A DNA stretch of 64,000 nt, taken from the NCBI RefSeq assembly GCF_009914755.1, contig NC_060939.1; one strand, 5' to 3'. The first letter of the stretch is position 1; each line of letters begins with the position of its first letter. Shown here piece by piece: positions 56,281 to 64,000 of this stretch. This DNA comes from the human T2T-CHM13v2.0 reference genome, Homo sapiens. The translations under genes were made by a program, and so were the position numbers. The notes beneath the pieces are model-generated. The model saw only the letters and a list, made by a program, of their open reading frames with translations. It was not told where the DNA came from and did not search any database.

Positions 56281-57439
56281 ACTCTTTTGTCCATTATTTA
56301 CAAATATGTTCAGATCTTGACTTATAATTTTGTTCATGATGTTTTGACTTGTAGAAGTTTAAGAGGTTTATGTTACCAAATCTGCTTTTCCCCTTTGTGA
56401 TTTCTTCCATTGTTTTAATGTATGGAAAATCCTTCTTCACTGAGAAATCAAATAAATATGAATATATATTTATGTTTTGGTTTCAGTTTTACACCTAAAT
56501 TTTCCATACATCTTGGTTATTTGGTTGTAGTCTGATCTGAGGATCTAGAATTTTTGTTTTCAAAAATGAATTTTCCAACAACTATTGTAATAATTGCTTC
56601 ATAATTTGATTAATAAAATCACCTCCACGTGCTTGGTTCTTAGATGTATATCAATATTTACTTCTAAAAATAGTATTATAATATTTTAGGCATTATAATT
56701 TTTAATACATTCTAATATTTGTAAAGGTTGGACATCCTCCATTTATGGAAATACTAAAGACAAAGTTGAACAAAAGAATGTATTTATAGATATCAACTTT
56801 AGAACCATTTGGCACAACTGCTCCATCTCCTAATTCTGTTGCAATTTTGATGGACATTGTATTAAGCCTATCAATTAATTTAGAAAGACCTGTTATCTTT
56901 GTAATAGTTAACTATTTCATTCATGATCATGTCAAATTTTACCATTTAAGTCATTTTTATATTTTAGCATATTTTTATATGTTTTGCTTACTTAAAATCT
57001 TTTTTCTTTAATTTTTCCACCTGTTCTTGATACCAGAATCCCTCATTTCTGGAGTGTCGGGAAGTTAGATTTTTCTTTTTGTGTATCTATCACAAATCAA
57101 ACTATATTTTTGGAATTATTAATTTGAATAGTTAGTTGGTTTTATGACTTAATTTCCAAGGGAACTCCTTTTTTCCTTTGAGTAAATAAGATGGGCAAAG
57201 ATGGAAGCAAACCAGAGAAGCCAGCTCCCCTTTGTCCTGAGGAATGATGTTGGAGGAGAAGGTTGGAGTGGTGGAGGACTTCCATTTCAGACATCAGTTA
57301 GCAGAAAAGGCCTGCGTGGTGGTGGCAAAAGCAATAGGGGCACCTGTTCTGTCAGTTGGTCATGTCATCTTCATCTCTGGGGACTCAGGACAGAGAATAC
57401 TGTCCCCATAGCATTTTCTAGGAACCACAGCCTTGCACG

Positions 57440-57571
57440 TTTAGTAATGTGATTCCTAGTTTGCCCAGGACCATTCTGTTTTGTGCCTGTTGTCCTGGCA
57501 TAATTGCAATTGGTACCACCTTTCACTTTCAAAAGTGTTCCAGTCTGGTTGATAAATTATACATTCTCCCT
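57440..57571 (-). mobile_element. MER94-like hAT MITE
   Basis: gtttgcccaggac..gcctgttgtcctggcataatt..cctttcactttcaaaagtg..gataaattata..ccct. Confidence 0.7.
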
Positions 57572-58668
57572 ATTTGTATTGCATTATGAAACAGTGACTG
57601 CAGTTACACTGACCACTGTACACTTAGACTTGGAACTGAGATGAGGAGAACAGGTATCCTTAATGGAGCCTCTGTTGCCACAGGTAAAAGACTCAGACTG
57701 CTAATTAGGAGTGGTAAGGGCCCCCTTTGTGAGCACAAGCCCCCTTCTCTTGTTTACAGAGTTGCATGTTTTGATGGAGATACAAGTGGCAGAGGAGCAT
57801 GCATTTTGTTAGCTTTTAGACCAGTCTCTGCACCCAATAGCAAAGCATTCTTCTCAGAGTTCTGGGCTATTTCATTTGTCTAACTGCAATAGAAACAATG
57901 CTTGGTGCATCTTGGAGCAGCAATGAGGTGAATCACTTCAAACTCAAGCAACAAGCAAGGTTTACACTGAGAAGGCAATGGGAGAGGGGAGTTTGGAGAG
58001 TGACTGGCGGAAGCCCATACCCTTTCTGTGTTATTGAAGGATCAGATGTCGGATGTCATTGCTTGATGATCTCACATGATGCTATCATCTCTCCCAAAGC
58101 CTTCTCCTCAAGAGATCAGAGACAGAAGTGCAGACTCATGGAAGCTTGGCTTATCAAGATGGTGTCGAATTAGGCTTGGCTGAACTCCCTCTCCTAAGCC
58201 ACTGGCCCTTTGTTCTGTAGGCATGAGAACCAGGAGATGGAGCATATTAGGTTCCTGTGATTTTTAGCGATATTATTTCTCTGAAAGAGCATTTCCTAAA
58301 GTGTATTCCATAGTGTGTTCCATCTGGTTCTAAGTGGGGGATAAAAACTGTACTAACAACAAAAAGGGGTACATTTGGGCAACAGGGTCGTTTTGTGTTA
58401 ATCTGCATCTGTGGTCTTTCGTTCAACTTGAGGTTCTTAGTGGAAGTCTCACAGGAGAGCAAGGACAAGAATACAGCTTTGAAGAATTGCATTGAAGAGT
58501 CCAGAAAACACTTTTTAATGAACATGAGTAGGGTTTAGAGAGGTGAGAGGAATCACATTGTGGAGATTTGAGTGACATGATAAAGTGGACAGTTTTTTCC
58601 CTCTTGTGGGTGAAGAGAGGTGAGCAGCTAGAGGTGGGAAAAGGACTATTCTGGACACTGTGGCTGTA

Positions 58669-59371
58669 CAGTAATCTCCCCTTATCTGCAGCTTTACTTT
58701 CTGTGGTTTCAGTCACCTGTGGTCAACCTCGGTCTGAAAATACTGATGGAAAATTTCAGAAATTAACAGTTCATAAGTTTTTAATTGCATACTGTTCTGA
58801 GTAGCATGATGAAATCTCCTGCTTGGTCTTGAATCCTTCCTTTGTCCAGTCAGTGTATCTATGCTGTCTACACCACATGCCTTCTAGTCATTTAGAAGCA
58901 GTCTGGTTTATTGGGCTGTCATACTATCACAGTGCTTGTGTTCAATTAGCCCTTACTTTACTTAATAATGGCTCTAAAGCACAAGAGTAGTGATGCTGGT
59001 AATTCAGATATGACAAAGAAAAACCGTAAAAAGTGCTTCCTTTCAGTGAAAAGGTGAAAGTTCTCAACTTAATAAGGAAAGAAAAACATCGTATGCTGAG
59101 GTTGCTAAGACCTATGGTAAGAACAAATCTATCTGTGAAATTGTGAAGAAGGAAAAAGAAATTCATGCAGTCTGTCATACCTTAAACTGCAAAAATTATG
59201 GCCACAGTGCATGATAAGTGCTTAAGATGGAAAAGGAACTGCATTTGTTGGTGGAAGACATGAACAGAAACATGCTCTGATGGAAAGCAATCAGGGTTGG
59301 TACTACCTGCCATTTCGGGCATCCACTGAGGGTCTTGGAACATATTCCTCGAAGATAAGGAGGGACTACCG
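58669..59371 (+). mobile_element. MER44 (Tigger7-derived) DNA transposon
   Basis: TIRs cagtaatctccccttatc / gataaggagggactaccg; TA (left) and TG (right) flanks; transposase N-terminal remnant near 59020-59170. Confidence 0.88.
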
Positions 59372-59549
59372 TGGTTAGTGTATGTATGATACAAAAGCCT
59401 GAGGTAGGGTGGCAGCAATGGGGATACAAAGGAGAAAATGGATGCAAGAAAAACAAAGAGATATGCCAGACATCCCACAGAATAGCCACATTGGGGTGCC
59501 AACAATCAGCAGCAGCCATGGTGTGTTCACAGCAGCTAATATCTGAGAC

Positions 59550-59720
59550 CGTACATGTGCCATGCCCTGTGCTGAGTGAGCACAGTCCATAGATTACCCC
59601 ATTTTATCTCCCCAAGGGCACCAGGAGGTAAAGTTTACATTTTACAGATGTGAGATTTGTAGAGGTGAGGTTGTTTAAAATACCCATAAATAGTAAGTGG
59701 TGGATCTCACTTTGAACCTC
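59550..59720 (-). mobile_element. MIR
   Basis: cattttacagatgtgag..gaggtgagg..tagtaagtggtgga..tttgaacc. Confidence 0.6.
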
Positions 59721-60693
59721 AGCAGAGCCCCAGAGAAACTATGGGATCAGAAGTGAGATTCCTGCTGCCCGGAGAGACTTCACAGAGAAGATCATGACCA
59801 GAAGGAGCAGGTGGCTGCCTCCCTTCTGAATCTTATAGGTCCTAAGGCAACTGATAATGGCACTGAGGGTGGCTGGCGAGTGGATATGAGAAAATGAGTG
59901 GGTTTGGTTGATCAGGAAGGCAGCCTGAATGTGACAAGGAGAAGGTCACCAACCTGATGCTTTAGGGGCTTTGACTAGCTCCTGTGCCTATAGTATTACT
60001 TTCAAAGAAAACAAGTGATTAAATCTCTTTCCTCCGTCATTTGAAATGAATGTCAAAATCCTATTAAAAATCTGAGCATGACTGAAGACTCTGCACTTGG
60101 GAGGAAAAACAGTTTCTAGCTTTTGTAAAATAACTATTGAACATGTCAAGTATTTACTTTCCATTGCAGTTATAACAGTACTTCAATATCTCTCATGGTT
60201 GGTTTGGAAGGGGGAGGGAGAAGCATTTGTATAATTTTAAAAAAATTATGATGCCAAATATTCTTCTCAACAATTTTGAGTCAGTTTCTGAGCAGGTCTA
60301 TAGAGGCTGTTAAAATGTGAGATTACAGCAGAAAACCAATTTCAATATAAGCCTATGGAGATTCCGTTACAATATAAAAATGAAATGTTGCCAGTATATG
60401 TTATACGCTACATCCAGAAATAGACAGAAAGCAATATAAAATGCCTCATGCCTATATAATATTTTGGTTCAGGCATTCATCTATTGATTCAGCAGCATTC
60501 TCCAAAAGGAAGCTGACACAGTGTCCTTACCCCAAATTGTAGTTGTTATACAACAGATGATGTTTTATTTAAATGGATTATGCTTTAAGTCATCTAGGTA
60601 AATTTCAAAGGAACTGAATTCAAAGTATGGGGCCATAACTAGACAACTCAGGGACATTAACTGAGAAATTCAGATAATCAGAATGTTTAGTAC

Positions 60694-60835
60694 ACTAGTG
60701 ATTCTCAATCCTGACTGTATATTAGAATCACCTGGGAAGCATTAAGAGCTACCTATGTTCAGGTTCCACTCCTGGAAAGTCCAATTTAATCTGTGTGCTA
60801 GTGGTTCAAAGGCATCAGTATTCTAATGTGCAATG
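60694..60835. mobile_element. MER5-like hAT MITE fragment
   Basis: agtgattctcaatcctgactgtatattagaatcacctgggaagc..ttctaatgtgca. Confidence 0.7.
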
Positions 60836-61129
60836 ACAATTTACATAAACCCAAATAGCTGGATTCAGCAGGGTCTGCTATGTATGCCATCCAAAAAATT
60901 GAGGAAGGGGTTCTGCCAACCACAAGCAGGAATTGCATGCAAATGGGTACAGTAATTTATGCCAGTTTCCCTCTTACCCCAGCTGCTATATTATTTTGGA
61001 AGTTTGATGAAAGAAATCTTGAGGAATGATGGGGTACAGGTAGGAGCATTTAAGGTGTACCTAGGGCAGCTTGGATTTCTGGCTGCTTGCACACTGATTT
61101 AAATTATTACTGAGGCAGACACTTAGTAG

Positions 61130-61598
61130 TCAAACTAAATCCATTACCTAACTCTAATTGGATAAGAGCACTTTGGATCTCTTCAGTTATTCACCCCATC
61201 TTTAGGTTTAAATGGAAATTTTGATTGATTAGACTTTAAGTCAATCAAGTTGTGACATTCCCCCGGGAACTGCAGTTGGTCCAGGAGTGGGCATAAGATC
61301 TAAGTTTGCCAAATTGGAAGGTACTTGTGTTACATCCATAACCAGTATGAACAAGCAAACACACAACTGTCAGTAGCAATCAGTGCTATCTTAGAACCCT
61401 GAGGGGATTCAGACTTAGGAGGAAGTTATACCTAGGAAGGGAAGAACCTGGGTCTTTGATAATGTCACTGAGTGCTAACCATGGGTACCTGGAACTACTC
61501 TGTCTTTGCACATGTTGAATAATACAGTTCCTTCTTCTGTAAGTTTATTTGATTAAGGGATTTAAGTTATTTGCAGATTCAATCATCCTAACTGATAG
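61130..61598 (+). mobile_element. MLT1J/K-like old MaLR LTR
   Basis: aagaacctgggtctttgataatgtcactgag..gttatttgcag..catcctaactgata 3' end. Confidence 0.55.
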
Positions 61599-63088
61599 AA
61601 TTCTAGGGAATAATGATATCTACCAGCAAATGGCCTCTATGGTTGGAGTGTACATGAGAAGTTGAGGAGAGAAAGGAGGAGATAAACAACAGGAGTGAAA
61701 ATGGGGTTTTCAGACAGAAACTTATTTCAAGGAAGAAAATAATAAGAGTTAAGGATCTCGTTCTCTGGGGTCCTTTTGCAATTAAAGTTTGTGCAGGGTC
61801 TTTTTATTTTTTAGAATCTTAAGTGAATTTTTTGTTTGTGCTATTGCTTACATTAAACAAGAGGACAGTATCTGCTATTAGTAAATAAGAAGCAGTCAAG
61901 AAAACCTTTCCACCTCTTATTCTTATGAAACATAACCATTTTACATCATTAGAGAAGGATTGAAAGACAGTCATGATACAAGTGTTTTATTATTTAACTA
62001 AACTTTAGAAAGTCCAAATGGCTACATGTAGAACATCACATATTACTGAATGTAACAATTGTATGTACACTGTTTTATAGTGTATAATGGTGAGTATTAC
62101 CTATTATTGGTTTTATAAAAACAATTAACTGTAATAGAGTTGTTTTTACGTGGAAAAAAGAAAACCCCTTGTAAAGTAGGCTTGTAAACCTCATGTTACT
62201 CTTCTCAAATACTGAATAATGATGTTTTCATGTTGTATTTTAAAAATGATTTATAGTAAATGAATTCTCTCAGATGGGTGGAAAAAAGAGAGCATTCAAG
62301 CTGGAGTTAGAAATCCCATTCTGGCACTAACTCAAAGATCTTAGCCCAAGGGAAGTCTCTCAGAGCCTGTTTTCTCCTTTGGTAAAATTAGGGGTTTGAA
62401 CATGATCTCTAATGTTTTTTGAGCACAAACTGTATGATCTAGGTGTATGTTTAAGAATTTTATTCATTGAGTTATACTTGCTACTCACTCAGTGCTTTTT
62501 GATTAAACGTTATTTTCCAACACATTTAATACATCTCCTATTTGTAACCCATAAATTTCAAACTTTTGTACATAATTAGTCTCAAGTGAAATTTCAATAC
62601 ATGTTTGTTAGCATTTTCATTTGGGATTGTCAATTTGGAGACGGGGGCCAATCTAACCACTGGTTTCTATTTCCATCTTTATGTCTTAGGCCTGGTTTCT
62701 TCTCACAATGGCCTTCTGTCTGGATACTGCCTCTTGAAATGGCATTAGCCAGTACCAGATTGATAGGTAGACCAGATTGTACATGCTCACATCTGGCTCT
62801 GCACAAAATCTCATGAAATGAGTAATATACTCAGAAAAGATTATCTACAGGGGAAGGATGGAGACTCAGGTGAAGCACTAGGAGTTTTGCTCACTTTCAG
62901 CTCTAGAATTGTGAGTGTAATAGGCAAAGTCTATCCAGGTATATTACCCTCCCTAAGGAGATCTATTAACTTGGGGCTTTATAAAGACATTTTCACTTTC
63001 AACAAATCCTTTTGAGCTTATACTCTGAAATAAAAATGGTATATAATTTACTATATGTACACATATACAGAACAAAATTTGAAGGTAT

Positions 63089-63819
63089 ATTATATGTCTT
63101 GATGTCATCTTCAATTTTCTGAAGACTGAAGTTCCATAGCCCACATGGTAAGAGCAATCCTCTCACAACTCATCTGGTCTGTATCTTTTTTCTGTGTCTC
63201 CCACATTGACCTCATCTTGATGACTCAATAGCTACTTCCTCCCTCCCTCCCTTCCTCCCTTTCTTCTTGCCTCCCTTCCTTTCTCCTCTTCTCCTTCCCT
63301 TTCTCCTTCCAGAGATATATAAAATTGCTCTCTGTCAAGAAACAAACACAAATTATTAAAAAGAGTATAATAATTTACATACAAAAGGAGAGAAAAATAA
63401 CTGCCTCCTAAGATATTTAACTTGGGTAAGATAAGACCTGGCAAGAGATGACATTGTAATGAGTTTTGAAAAAAGCAAAGTAGGATATTTTTTCATCATG
63501 TTTTTCTAGCACACAAAAGGCATGATCTAGTGTGTATGGGGTAAAAACTGAAATAGTATAGGAGATTCACTATAATATACTTCCTTTAGTGCTATCTTCT
63601 ACTTCATCCATAGCTATATGAAACTTTGCAGGATGGCCCTGGAAGATCTGAAAGTATAACTGAAGTCTCTACCAGGGTACCTTGGGGAGGTGACTTGGTT
63701 TGTGGTTACATGTGATAACTTCACTTTAGCTCCAATGCAGATTGGAGATTATATGTTTTGATGTCATCTTCAATTTTCTGAAGACTGAGGTTCCATAGCC
63801 CATGTGGTAAGAGCAATCC
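63089..63819 (+). repeat. Dispersed 72-bp direct duplication (63089-63160 and 63748-63819)
   Basis: attatatgt(c/t)ttgatgtcatcttcaattttctgaagactga(a/g)gttccatagccca(ca/tg)tggtaagagcaatcc; 4 mismatches. Confidence 0.93.
63235..63309 (+). repeat. CT-rich low-complexity tract
   Basis: (CCTT/CCCT)n-like run. Confidence 0.85.
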
Positions 63820-64000
63820 ACACAGATTCTACAGAACGCAGATTCTTCCGTAGAGCAGTTGGTGGCTCCTGCATTCACAACTCATTTACCTTTAAGTGTA
63901 TGATCTTCATGGTAGGGCTGCCCAGCTATTTAAATATTGACCAATACAGAGTCTAATTAGTGAGCAGATGCACAGATGGTGCTGGTATAAACACAATGGT

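Overview
This is AT-rich, repeat-dense primate (human-like) genomic DNA. I found no supportable protein-coding exon, RNA gene or CRISPR array, and nearly all long ORFs are Alu, L1, LTR or low-complexity artefacts. Roughly half the window is transposon-derived. It holds about 13 Alus, a full-length ~6.2 kb L1PB1 interrupted by a complete THE1 provirus, and a degenerate LTR16/ERVL provirus plus a separate ERVL RT remnant. Other elements are solo LTRs (LTR1-like inside MER21, LTR40, LTR47, LTR12F, LTR12D-like, MSTB, MLT1s), DNA transposons (MER44, MER45A, MER94, MER5) and many MIR/L2/old L1 fragments. Subfamily names come from my recall of consensus sequences, not from a database search. Two non-routine themes stand out. 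(1) L1-type (TPRT) cargo: a young L1 3' end with two serial 3' transductions (5095-5645); a retrocopy of an LTR12-initiated read-through transcript inside an Alu TSD (6114-7051); and a 132-bp TSD-flanked orphan retroposed fragment (54557-54688). (2) At least six short, locally templated duplications or inversions that look like template-switch or end-joining scars.
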